This document shows, in pieces, positions 11,630-22,717 of a stretch of 50,115 nucleotides of DNA. The stretch covers positions 1 to 50,115 of the forward strand of contig NKIB01013902.1 of NCBI GenBank assembly GCA_002256025.1. The letters are read 5' to 3'. Made by a program: the position numbers and the translations under genes. The stretch comes from Asterionella formosa (Eukaryota). Below the pieces are notes generated by a model that had not been told where the DNA came from, ran no database searches, and saw nothing but the letters and a program-made list of their open reading frames with translations. The number at the start of each line of letters is the position of its first letter. The first letter of the stretch is position 1.

Positions 11630-14600
11630 AAGTGGCTCTCTTCATTGCTGTTTGCTCATAGGAAATATTTGATATCTGTATCGTCATTTGCTTGTTGGAA
11701 CTGTCCATTGCCTCAAACCTGCTTGGCGTGTGCGTACACACACTGCCGACTTGTTTTCGTTATATCATTGCCGTTGATTACAATGTTTTCATCTTCACTT
11801 TCATCTGCATTCTCGGTTTGACTCTCAGTTTGAATTTTTCATTTTGGTTGATTATATCATTGCCGTCAACTACATTATTTTCGTTCACTCCTGCAATCTC
11901 GTCAGACTAGGACTGGGTATGAATGAGATTGTTTCCAGCATGGTTTTCATCACCATTATTATAATCGTCATCATCGGTGCTATTGTCATCGTCATTGTCA
12001 TCATTGGGATGATACAATTCATTGTCATCATCTTCATCAGCCTCGACCCCATTATGGTTAGGTGAGAGTGTGGTTGGAGAAGCTACGTCGTGCAAGGATA
12101 TGCACTCTGTCCACAACTTCCAAGGGCATAGGGAGGGCTGTCCAATGGTTTCGATTTAGGATCTTACCCATGCTAAGGCTAAAAAACAGGTGCCCACCTT
12201 GATGATTGCCTGTGGGCCAAAGAGCAAGAGCACCGGTTGTGCGAGGAGTCATGCTGTTATCATGGGTCTCATGTGTCTGCTCATATGTGCCAAACTCAAT
12301 ACGACAGTGCTGTGCATAATCAATGGTGGATCCCAAAATTATGATGCGTGGGTTCAGTGTATCAGATATTTACCCAGCGGCAGGAAAGCTGTTGAGCCAA
12401 AACACAGAGCAATATATCAATTATGAAACGTGTTGGGATGCGTTGAAACGGCAGCATTGTGTAGGCCCTACTATGGACCCTTTCTTTTAGAGTTCGAATA
12501 TGACATTCAATCTCTGGCACATGTTCATCATTGGAAGCGGTATTGAGCGTGATTCCTAATGTAGCAAGGTCGCCGCGCAGTCCGTCAAATTGACCATCCA
12601 TGAGTAGTGTTGTGATTTTGAATCCCTGTTTCGAATACAGTTGGTATACATGTATATTGCAGCTAATATGGTACCATGTTGTTGGTTTTGAAGCAACTCA
12701 GCTGTACTGAACTTGATATTCCTTGATATTGTGACCAGAAATGGGAGTTTATTAACAAACATGATGTCACCAGCAATGGTCACTTGACGATACCGATTCA
12801 TTATAGCGCTGGTCACATATGACTGTTTTGACTGTTGTGTGGATACTGGAATTGGTTTCTGTCTAACAGTCTTTCCTTTCAAGGATCCAATATCTGGTCT
12901 GAAGATGTGCTCTGCGGCCAGGATATCATCCTTGGTAATAGGAAAATTGGGCAACAAATTCTTTTCAATGATTTTGATATTTGCTTGGGTGCTTGGTCAT
13001 CCAATTATTTTCTGTATCTTAAGGGCTAGTAGTACAGCTTTGGAGTAGTCTCGCTGAGAATATTTAACATGGTTATTGTCTACCATATTCACCAATGTCA
13101 CATCAATGTTATCATTGTTTTGTTGAGTTTTTGTATCCATGTAGTAGAGGCCTTTGTCTGATTCCTCAAAGACACGCACAGTACCATCTGATTTATGCAC
13201 ATGAAAAGCATTTCCTTCTTCTGAGCTATCATATGTGACTCGGTACCCATGTTCCTTCACACGGGCCAATGATAGAATATTTGCAATTATGTTGGCATTG
13301 TACCATACTGTTCCATATCCAGGTAGATTGCCAATAAGTGTGGTAGTGGCAATCACTGCATTACAGTGGATGTCCAGTTTCTTATGTTGTTTTCGAATAT
13401 TGATAAGACGTTCTTTGTTGTAAAACAAATCGACGGTGAATTGGTTATCAAGAAGTATCCAACTTTTTGGCAACTTTCCATCACTGCCGATTTGCATAAT
13501 AACTTCATCATTCAAGGTCTCGATTGCTTGGTTAAAAACCTGGAAAAACTGGAAATGCAAGTTTCTGTTGAATTCACCGTTAGATTCTCGATCCATAAGC
13601 AAAGTTTTGGCAGTCTGGTTCTCAATTGATGGTTCTGCGCTAGGTGTTGATGTTGCTGGTGGCTTGTCTTCATTACATTCGTTGGCATAGTGACCCTTTT
13701 TCTGGCATTTATTGCAGGTTACATTAGCTTTTACTTTCTGTCTCCCCCTTTCTCCATTATTGAGCAGTATTGAATCACCTCCATAGATAGTGTTGAAGGA
13801 CACTTCATGGCTAATGGGGCCCACCTCATGGAGACCAAGTCTGGGATCCTGTTTCCAATTGATGAGTAGATGATAGGCGGTTGACACAATGGTTGGGTAA
13901 TTGTTGCGCCCCTGTAGGTAATCATTCTCCATATTTTCGACAAGTTTTCATATCGGAGAAGATTGGCACCAAGTAGGAATGCAACTGCCATTGATTGATC
14001 CTTTATCACTTCCTTTAATTCAATCAGCTCTGCTTCTGATAAAGTTATCTTTGCTTTTCTCTCCAAGAATCATCTTCTCAACTCCACTGTCCTCGCCAAT
14101 GCTGCCACCACTGCGCTGGATCACATCTATCATGCTCTGGAATTGTTCCAGATAGGCTTGTGTTGTGGTTGTTCTCCCTTGGAAAAGCATGTAAAACCTA
14201 CGCTTAGATTCATATAACAAGTGCAGCAGATATTTCTGACTCTGGAAGTTGTATGTGATATCTTTATTTGCTCTGAGTAGCATTAGTCCATCACCAGTGG
14301 TGGACATTTGCCCAAATGTGTCCATTGCATCTACCCTTTCTTGCACAATGTCTGTACATCGCCCCCACACAAGGGAGTATAGAGTGCGAATGTTCTCTTT
14401 GAGATAAGCTGTCCGTTTGACATGCTCGTCAACTTCTTTCTCGCAGATCCTTTTTTCGGTCCGTGTTGCCCCCTCAGGCGGGTCTTTTGGCATGTCAATG
14501 GCAACCATTTCAAGATTCTCGACCACCAGGCAAATGTCATCACCATATTTGTATGTTCTTCCAACATAGCTGGCAATCTCTTTAGTAGCCTTTGCAAACA

Positions 14601-14831
14601 AATCTGATTGTCTTGCATCAGAACAATCATATATGTTCCCTTTAAGGTCATTGCATTTGCCCTCAAATTTTGTAGGGATGTGTCAATTTGAGGACTTCGA
14701 GAACTGATGTGATCCTTTCTTCTTTAGGTCCACGTGATCCTTTTTGTCCTTTGTTACACCTTCCCCAGCTTCAACCTTGACTCCTTCATCCTTTTTCATG
14801 ATTCTATATCTCTGCTTTTCTATTTAAATTC
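11630..14831 (-). mobile_element. Degenerate Ty1/Copia (diatom-type) internal region: gag, zinc knuckle, protease and integrase; RT/RNase H lost
   Basis: gag YLEQFQSMIDVI...ENDYLQGRNNYP; CCHC knuckle CNKCQKKGHYANEC; protease WILLDNQFTVDLF; integrase DIMFVNKLPFL, DGQF and EHVPEIE; downstream HCRIEFGTY and PTGNHQGGH. Confidence 0.9.
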
Positions 14832-14964
14832 TGTTGAAACCACTGTGTCTACAGCAGTACCTCATGCTGATCAAGCAACAAATCCAGTGTGCAATAGAGA
14901 CAGGGCGATTGAATTGTTTGTAAACCGGAGAATTAAAATAGAATGAGCCAATTTTCATGCTCAT
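14832..14964 (-). repeat. Candidate 5' LTR of the Copia element (3' part; the 5' part is at 17430-17460, split by the pogo insertion)
   Basis: On the minus strand it ends ...GGTTTCAACA just upstream of gag. Removing the pogo element joins it to a segment beginning TGTCAG at 17460, giving a ~166-bp TG...CA unit. No second LTR was found to confirm. Confidence 0.45.
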
Positions 14965-15300
14965 TACCGTAAAACCTGGTGTCTTGTACCCCTCAATGTA
15001 CACAGCCACGACTGATTTTACTTGGAGGGGAGTACAAGACATTGGAACGTTTTTGATTGTCAAACTTTATGAAAAAACCAACTTCACCCCCTTCTCTCTC
15101 CATAGTCTAAAACATAAATAGCAACATTAAAAGATATATTGTTTTAGGTTCAATCGGCTTCTAGGATCAATTGAATGTCTATTTTTGGAGCACTGGTGCG
15201 CCCAACTTTCGTCATGACTTCAACAGAAATGTCTACAGTGAGTACAATTTGTACCTGATTCTACGATGTAATAAATTGTGTAGGTTCTACAAACCTAATT

Positions 15301-16560
15301 GTGATAGAAATGGAGGTTAGCCAATCAAATTATTTTCTACGGAATCATCAGCATGCAACGAAAAAATATCTCTGCATCAGGCAAAAGAAAAATATTGTTG
15401 CGGAAGCATACAGCAAGCCCAACAATATCAAGGCAACCGCTAGAGCATATTTGGCTCAGCCAAAGCAGATCCGGAGCTGGAAGTCCATTCTGGATGGTGC
15501 AATGGTTGTGGTTCCGGTGGAGGTGGCGGAGATTCCTCTGCAGGAAGAAGCTGTGATTCAGAGGCAGGTGTTGATGAAAAAAATCGCTCACCCGGGCCGC
15601 TCTCCAAAAAGTGCTGCTGATTTCGAAGGATTGAAGACTCTTTTCGACCAGTTGCGGCTTCAAGATAGGGCCTGCACCACCAGGATGCTTAGTGTTGAGC
15701 TTAAGAGGCAACCTGGGAACGAAAATGTGTCGCTGAAGGCACTTGAAAAACGGATCAAGCGCTGGCTTGCCTGTAAGGACATTGTCATTAGGCGTGTGAC
15801 TCGTGTCGCCCAAAATACAAGGCTGGTGGATCAGGAGACAATTCAAGATTTTGTTTCCTACGTCAACAATCAAATTGCTGCGTTCAAATTTCCTGCTGGA
15901 AACATTGTCATTATTGATGAGACAAACATCAATTTTGACATGTTTGGATCAAAGACTTTGGCAACCCGAGGCGAAAGGACCATTGGGCTTCGAACAACAG
16001 GAAATTCGAACCGTTGCACTGTGTTGTTAGGGGTGATAATGAGTGGTGAGAAGTTGCCACCATTCATTGTATTTACAGGAACAAGGGATGGACGTATTGC
16101 CAGGCCATTGGGATTACTAGACAACAATCAACAACTATTTCCGGTCGGTATTAAATACGCTTGTCAACCCAAAGCTTGGGTTGATACAGACATATTTTTA
16201 CAATGGATCGAAAAAGTTTGGCAACCATTTGCGTTGGGAAAAGGCGGTGAGCCTAATCACCTTCTTATGGATGATTTTACTGTCCACAAGGTAGGACGTT
16301 GTGTTGACGCAATTAAAAATTGCGGCACTGAGGTTGATTTTGTCCTCCCAGGCTACACATCTAGACTTCAAGTGTTGGATGTAGGAGTTAATAAGCCCTT
16401 CAAGGACTACATGAGAGGATATTGGGAAGACTACATGGTTGCCAATGTGGATAATCCCAAGGTGCAAAGGCACCACATTGCACAATGGGTAGAGATGGCA
16501 TGGGCTAGAGTCTCAGCCAATTCAAACAATCACCAATACCTGGAAGAGCATTGGATTTGA
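15301..16560 (+). CDS. pogo/Tigger-like DDE_1 transposase (HTH, CENP-B-like HTH, DDD core); probable frameshift near the C-terminus
   Basis: IIDETN, GEKLPPFIVF, KAWVD, LLMDDFTVH and TSRLQVLDVGVNKPFK motifs. The expected tail ITNTWKSIGF is in another frame from about 16525. Confidence 0.9.
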   Translation: MIEMEVSQSNYFLRNHQHATKKYLCIRQKKNIVAEAYSKPNNIKATARAYLAQPKQIRSWKSILDGAMVVVPVEVAEIPLQEEAVIQRQVLMKKIAHPGRSPKSAADFEGLKTLFDQLRLQDRACTTRMLSVELKRQPGNENVSLKALEKRIKRWLACKDIVIRRVTRVAQNTRLVDQETIQDFVSYVNNQIAAFKFPAGNIVIIDETNINFDMFGSKTLATRGERTIGLRTTGNSNRCTVLLGVIMSGEKLPPFIVFTGTRDGRIARPLGLLDNNQQLFPVGIKYACQPKAWVDTDIFLQWIEKVWQPFALGKGGEPNHLLMDDFTVHKVGRCVDAIKNCGTEVDFVLPGYTSRLQVLDVGVNKPFKDYMRGYWEDYMVANVDNPKVQRHHIAQWVEMAWARVSANSNNHQYLEEHWI

Positions 16561-16821
16561 GGGCTTTGCTGCTGTTAACCAGTCAATTAGGATTGGATTA
16601 TTTGATAATCTATTTTAACATTTAGTTTTAGTGAAACAATCATTATTGTCAATTAGATTCAGGATGGCAAACCCTAACAGGCAAATAAATTAAGCTGATG
16701 ACTACAAAAAACCCAAAACAGAGTGATTCTAATGCTGAAAACGCTAATTTCTAATACTATTATTAATATTCTAGTGTAGATTGGTTGAAGTATTCAAAGG
16801 CTTGTCCAGTTTTCATAACAT

Positions 16822-17214
16822 CTATTCCTGAATCTGGATGTCCTCAAGAAGCCGGAATGAACAAACTCCAAGGTTATTGTGGCTTTTTGCCCTTTTGGCA
16901 GCATTTTCACAAGAGTCATAGAGTTCAATAACTTGAGCAAACTTGTTGACAAACTGGTCACTTGTTTTCTTCAAAGCTGCAATATTCTTGCCAAGGAAAC
17001 CAACTGTGCACAGTTCTGTCCTATCAAGGATCAGAACAGCCTTGATACCTGCCTGATCAACTCCATCAATCAGGACCACTGTTGCCTTGAACTGAACACA
17101 ATCATTCGGCCTCACAATTGCCCCACAGCAGGCATGCTGCTCACAGCTGCTTCCATTGGTGGTACCTCTGAGGCCAAGGATTTCGCCATCACGAATGTCG
17201 TCCGCAATTATCAT
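16822..17214 (-). CDS. Transposon-borne accessory protein, HIRAN-like fold with CxxHxxC motif (tentative)
   Basis: Intact 130-aa ATG-started ORF inside the TIRs. EILGL...GSSCEQHACCG...GIKAV...CTVGFLGK resembles the HIRAN pattern (V.G...AI.V...VG(Y/F)L). Confidence 0.6.
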   Translation of the reverse strand: MIIADDIRDGEILGLRGTTNGSSCEQHACCGAIVRPNDCVQFKATVVLIDGVDQAGIKAVLILDRTELCTVGFLGKNIAALKKTSDQFVNKFAQVIELYDSCENAAKRAKSHNNLGVCSFRLLEDIQIQE

Positions 17215-17463
17215 GTTGCCTACCGGTATATGTGACGATATTTTACAGGTGATGATACTTTACCGGAAACAGTAGGGTAACGGTAATATGCGAAAATACA
17301 TACCAATAAATAGAATAAGTTTATGTTGTGTTATTTTTCTGCACACAAGAAATATTTGGGAGTGTTGCGCCAGATGTACAAAGGGGGGTACAGGTATCTG
17401 GGGGATACGAGACACCAGGTTTTACGGTAATCTACACAAGTTCCCGTGAAATTTCTGACATCA

Positions 17464-19008
17464 GGCCGTTGCTAACGGTGGACCAAAACGCAAACCAAAC
17501 AGTGTTTGGGTTTCGGTAACCCTAAAAAACGATGCTAACGGGAGTGAAAAACCCAACGCAAACACATTATGTTTAGGGGATTCCGTGCCCATATCCCAAT
17601 AAGTTACCCAAACGCATTACGTTTAGGTTTTTTTTCCCAAAGTTACCTAAACGTAGGATTCCATATTGACTACTTTGAATGTAGTCACTAGAATCCCAAT
17701 TATTATCATCAAAGAATCAGTACATATAGGACGCATCATTTACCAGTATATCATACATAGATACAACAATAGCTATACGGTACTCTGGTGGTACCTGGTA
17801 CCAGGTACCAGGGGACCACACTGTCAAGAACAACAACAACAAATCATCTCGGATTTCACCACAATAAACATGTCATCAAACCCACATTTCACCAACATGG
17901 GACACATATGTACCATATCAACGATATTGTGGAACTTGTCCAACCAACTCGCCAAGATCATCTACTCCAAGGCAAGTGCCCTATGTTCCATGGTTTTACT
18001 CCATCTGCCTGGCGTACCAAGGTTTGATATTCAATTGCTACTTTTTATATAGAAACTTCCTTTATTTAAACTCCTTCCATTTGCACTTCATACTTGTAAC
18101 TGTATCGCGCGTCATCACTTATCAAAAAGCCAACTCAATCCACCAGATAATCAATTTGCTCGTCATCACAGTCCGCAGGTCCAGCCCAGCCGCTTGTACC
18201 TGTCGTCGCTCGCTTCTTGGAATGCAACAGCTCCACGTCATATGACTCAATCCAGACTTCAAACACATTATCTTCCTCTCTTGCATGATTTATCACGCCG
18301 GTCTCAACGAACACTTGCTCCCCAAACTTTCCTGTCAGCGCTAGAGTAATCTTTTCTGCGATCTCCAGATCGGAATCGTCACCGGTACAAGCCACAAAGA
18401 CATGGCCATGAAACTGCTCTTTGAACTCCGGATCATGATCGTAGTCATACTTAATCTCCTTGCCAAGCATCTCTCTGTACTCCCTTTTGTCTTCTGACAA
18501 CTCATCATCTTCTCCAATTCCATTTTCATGATCCAATTCCATATTCCAGCGGCGAACATCCTCCAATGCATCTTGAATCAATGGTTTGTCTGGATGAAGC
18601 GGCATTTCAAAGCTATTTGAAAAGACACATCTTCATCTTTGATATCATTGTCGTCAAAGTCCACCAACGGCTGCTCTTCCGACAGAGAATCCGTGTTCTT
18701 CTCTAGGCATGTCGTTGATCATGTAATCAATGGGATCAAAGTTGTTGACAACAAGAGAGCAGCATCGCTCAAATTGTGGGAAAACTAACTAATTCCCAAA
18801 TAGGAATGATAAAATTTCATTTATAAAAGTAGTCTAATAGAAATATTTTACTTTTTTTATAATGGTTTTGTGATCCTACGTCACAGTAGATGGGTGGTTG
18901 ACAGCATTTAGGATTTCCCAAAAACCGATAGCATCGTTTTTTTCGTCAGTTGACCAAAACCAAAACCAATCCAAAAAAAGTTTTTGGGTTTTGGTTTGAG
19001 CAACGGCC
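17464..19008. mobile_element. Non-autonomous PIF/Harbinger-like element, copy 1 (complete)
   Basis: TIR GGCCGTTGCT...AGCAACGGCC; 3-bp TSD TCA (17461-17463, 19009-19011); subterminal inverted motif AAAAAACGATGCTA/TAGCATCGTTTTTT; second copy at 49787. Confidence 0.88.
18135..18605 (-). CDS. Acidic cargo ORF of unknown function inside the Harbinger-like element
   Basis: 156-aa ORF with protein-like composition. An acidic frame continues upstream to ~18700 across an apparent frameshift. Confidence 0.45.
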   Translation of the reverse strand: MPLHPDKPLIQDALEDVRRWNMELDHENGIGEDDELSEDKREYREMLGKEIKYDYDHDPEFKEQFHGHVFVACTGDDSDLEIAEKITLALTGKFGEQVFVETGVINHAREEDNVFEVWIESYDVELLHSKKRATTGTSGWAGPADCDDEQIDYLVD

Positions 19009-19107
19009 TCAGTCTTGTGTTTGTTCTTGGGTACACTTTTCTTTTTCTTCCTTCTTGCTTCAACTGTGACCCACTCGTCATCCTAATAATTTTGTCTTAC
19101 GCACCAT

Positions 19108-19896
19108 ATGCTGTTTTTGTGTCACCATCAGACAACTTTGTCTCGCCATCTGTTAGTTCCAACATGGACGAGCAGTGCCGCTCATGAACCCTATCAACGA
19201 TTTTGCTGGAATATGGTGCCAGACCAGTTGCGAAGGATGTGGCTGGGAAGAATGCCACTCATTATGGATCGGTCGCTATCTCCAATGAAATCTCCAAGGA
19301 GATTGCGACATTCTGTATTGAATCTGCCAAGACCTAAAGTCACTTTGGCAAAGGGGGCACTCCAAGGTTCATCAAAATCGGATGGTACAACGGAGGAGTT
19401 CTGGCTGACGACGGATCGACTACCTCATATTAGACCGCTATATATCACGGCAAATGGCAAGGACGTCATGGATCCAACATATAAACTATATGTATCAAAG
19501 TGACCGCATTGCTTGTGTTTCGCTTCATTAAGTAATTATGAGCGAGCGTTTAGCTTGGCGAATTTTCTGTTGGAGACACATCATGCATCACTTGATATTG
19601 AGGACCACATTTCTGATACAATTCCTCGCAACACGGAAGCTCTTCTGGCAGGAGGTTTTCATGGATCTGTTATCAAAATGGCGCGGCGATATGCTATCAA
19701 GAACCAACACACTGAACAAAAATGCGATCATCTTGGGGCAACTGTTAGTACAAGAAATTCGTTCCTGCGCTGTGGAGGCTGCGATGTTGCAACCTACTTT
19801 CACCGCGAATGTCAAATATCCCATTGGCCACTCCACAAGATGGAATGTTACGGGCAGGGCATCAAACTGCAGTATTCCAAAATAAAGGAGTCATAA
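19108..19896 (+). pseudogene. MYND zinc-finger protein, probably pseudogenised
   Basis: ORFs 19108-19503 and 19513-19896 share a frame and are separated by one TGA. The C-terminal CDHL...RCGGCDVATYFHRECQISHWPLHKMEC is a MYND motif with two Cys lost. Confidence 0.65.
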
Positions 19897-20458
19897 GATG
19901 AGCTTAGTTTGACCTTTTTTGGGAGGGCACAAGGCATATTTTTAAATGGAGAGTACAGAAAACCTGAGTGGTGGCCGTGGATGAGGAATTCTGTGTCCAA
20001 GTCCAGCGATCAGGGTACAGCGGAAGTTTATTAATCTAAGATCACACCAGATATTGTAGTTTCAAATACATCGCAGGTATGGATGGCTTTATGAAAGTAT
20101 TGGAACGGGTTATGGCCGAAAGACGAGCAATGGCCTGAAGTGTTACGTCAAAGTTACGTTTGACAATGGCGGATGCACTGTTTACCCTTACACTGCTACT
20201 CTCATAGGTTGTAAACTGTAGAGGTTTGCGCAGCTCATGACGATTCGTTGCACAAAGGAGAAGCTGAATTGAATTTCATTTCTTCCAGTGACACAGACAA
20301 CGTAATGCAGTGTATCTCAGTTATTTGCAAGGATCTCATAACTAATTGACAAAGAATTGCCTGTATGCGCCTAAAGTACTGCTCTCCCTATAACATGTAG
20401 ATTATACTTTTTCCATTCATTTATTTCGTATCTACACATAGTTGAGTCACGTCAACGA

Positions 20459-21200
20459 CTACGCGACCTTCTTTTGTGGCTTCGCCATCTCCAAGTAGGG
20501 CAGAATAAAGGGCCGAATCGCCCTGTAAATCATGCCAGCTCCCAAGGTTGAAGGGTGGTATAACCAAATGAAAAATCCAATCTTGATGAAAAAGTAGAAA
20601 GGAACCCATTGAACCAAGAAGTATGCACATTGCTCAAAGATGGAAATGATAGCAAAGACAACCCAATAGGTCAGCCATTGCGTGTCAGCGCCAGATCCAT
20701 CCGACGAGTCAATGGCCTTGAACGACTCGTAAGCAGGATAGAGAAAGGCCGCAAGGTCCGAAATTAGCTTGGCTCCTCCAATGAAGAAGAGCGCACAGAA
20801 AAGGAGGGATACAGAAATAATAAATATCACGACCTTGGGAACGCCATGCTCGTCTTCTAGCTTTTGAAGTTTTCCTAAATTACGAAAGAACCATAGAGGT
20901 TAGCATAGCATTGGTCGAAGTGCACATTGGAAGAATACTCCTGCATGAACGTTCGTGAATCATCAACCGAATAGCAGCTTAGAATCCGGACAATTCTTCG
21001 ACTGAAAAGGTCAATCGTTCCGAATCCCTTGAAACTTAGTTCTGTACCAGCCGCAACGGGATATACCCACGGCAGAATCTATTTTCTCATTGCTGGTTTC
21101 TGGAATGAAACTTACCATACTGAGTCAAAGTTGGGTATTTGGCCATAAAGTCATCGGCATACTTGATGGCCTTCGCGACTTGGGGAGGGAGTTCAGGCAT
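20459..21200 (-). CDS. TB2/DP1/HVA22 (Yop1/REEP) ER-shaping membrane protein; exons 21200-21116 and 20874-20459
   Basis: YPAYESFKAI, DTQWLTYWVV and WVPFYFFIK motifs. A GT-AG intron at 21115-20875 joins MPELPP...TQY in frame to GKLQKLE. Confidence 0.92.
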
Positions 21201-21424
21201 GGTGGGCAATGCTCCTTACTTTTGCTGAGTTGGATGCTCTTTCTTGATATGACGTGATGTAGAATTCTCACACAATCTTTGGAACAAGAACAGAAATGTA
21301 CCACCACCTGCTCCAAAAATTCACAGCGTCGACTGTCGGACTTCGGCAGCCAACAGAATTGTTACCGGTGTGTAGCTAGATTTTGTAAGGGGCATGTATG
21401 TGTACTGTATACAAAGAATGTGCC

Positions 21425-21736
21425 TACCTGGTACTAGGTACCGGTACCGGTACTCCAACCGGTGTACACATCTGTGCAGTACCAGGAGTACCAGGTACTC
21501 GAGAACCTGGTGTACCTGGCATTACTAGACAACAGCCAAATATTTAAATTTGTCAAGCCCGTAATGACATCGCCAGCAGCCAGTGGATTTGAATTCCCAG
21601 GGTTGCATTTGAACATCAGCGGACATCATGGTTAACAATGATACGTCCATGCGCACTTACCGATATATATATATAAAATTAGGTGCTAATCACCCATTTA
21701 CAGTACCTGGTACCTTTGTACCTGGTACCAGGTACA
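21425..21736. repeat. TACCWGG/GGTACC micro-repeat cluster upstream of the HVA22 gene
   Basis: TACCTGGTACTAGGTACCGGTACCGGTAC, GTACCAGGAGTACCAGGTAC and GTACCTGGTACCAGGTAC. Confidence 0.85.
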
Positions 21737-22616
21737 ATGGAAGGTCCGGCATAGCACGTTTTATGCGCACTTTTTCAGTTTCGACACTCCCAATAAATCG
21801 TTCCATGCCTACACCGGCACCGTAGAAGGGTTAGGCTGGCTTTGCATTCCAAACTTTATTTAAGAAACTTTTTATGCTGTTAAATTATCATTCATAAAAA
21901 TCAAAGGCGTCTTCTTATCATCGAAATTGTGTTCAACTTTTTCTACTGGTAAATAATAAGGTCAAAAGTATTCAAGAGCTGGAAGACGGTTTGGTAATAG
22001 AGTTCACAAATCACTAAGGAACTTCTATTCGTAGTCAAAAAATTCTATTTGTGGTTAGCCAATTCTAGTCGTAGTCAGTAAATTTCTAGTCATATGTAGC
22101 CATCAACTGGATCAGTACTTGTAAAGCAAAAACAAATGAGTCATTTTGAAAATATCATTGGACTATTTATTAATTGACAAAAAAATTGGTTTGACCTAAA
22201 GATTACCTTAGTGTAGCGTGTTGCATGCTGTGAAAGTGTTAAATCTTGGCTGTCGTAAAAGTCTAAAGTGTATGAAGAAAATGCACCATTGGCGACTTCA
22301 ATTTTCGTTGTCAATATCTTAGTGATTTTACTACTACTTTTTTACAATTGTAAAAGGATACTATGTTTTATAGCCCATTTGTACTCCCCTATTTCTAGGC
22401 AAGTCTTTCATTGTGCTACCTGCCTGCCAACAAGACCTGTGCTACCCTAGTTTTGCTAGCATAGGTGAAACCCCAACCACTTTTCATGAATGGTGATCAT
22501 CTTACTAGCTGCAGCATTAGGGGAAACTCTGACCACCTAGGAAGGCGCCACAAGCTGTTTGTAGAGAAACCCACTATTTCTTGCTCACCAGACAAGACTG
22601 TGTGGGACAGTAAGGA

Positions 22617-22717
22617 GTGTGGGAGTCAAACCTAACAATTGCTTCTTAAATAATTGTGGGAATCAAACCTCACAACCTCAGATCAAAGAGAATGTGCTAA
22701 ACCACTAAGCCATTCCC
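22617..22717 (-). other. tRNA-derived (SINE-head-like or tRNA pseudogene) sequence with Pol III A and B boxes
   Basis: Minus strand: A box TGGCTTAGTGG (22712-22702); B box GGTTTGATTCC (22669-22659) within a T-stem-like TGTGAGG...CCCACA; second B box GGTTTGACTCC (22632-22622). No proper anticodon arm. Confidence 0.5.

Larger units (their letters stand above)
14967..17427 (+). mobile_element. Complete pogo-like (Tc1/mariner superfamily) DNA transposon with two convergent ORFs
   Basis: 18-bp perfect TIR CCGTAAAACCTGGTGTCT (14967-14984 / 17410-17427), extending imperfectly to ~26 bp. TA on both sides (14965-14966, 17428-17429). Confidence 0.93.

Noticed and set aside
11000..11630. 3' LTR of the Copia element
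   Set aside because: No convincing match to the candidate 5' LTR; the element appears truncated before RT.
22650..22717. Functional tRNA gene
   Set aside because: There is no intact acceptor stem or anticodon arm, and the T-loop is mutated.
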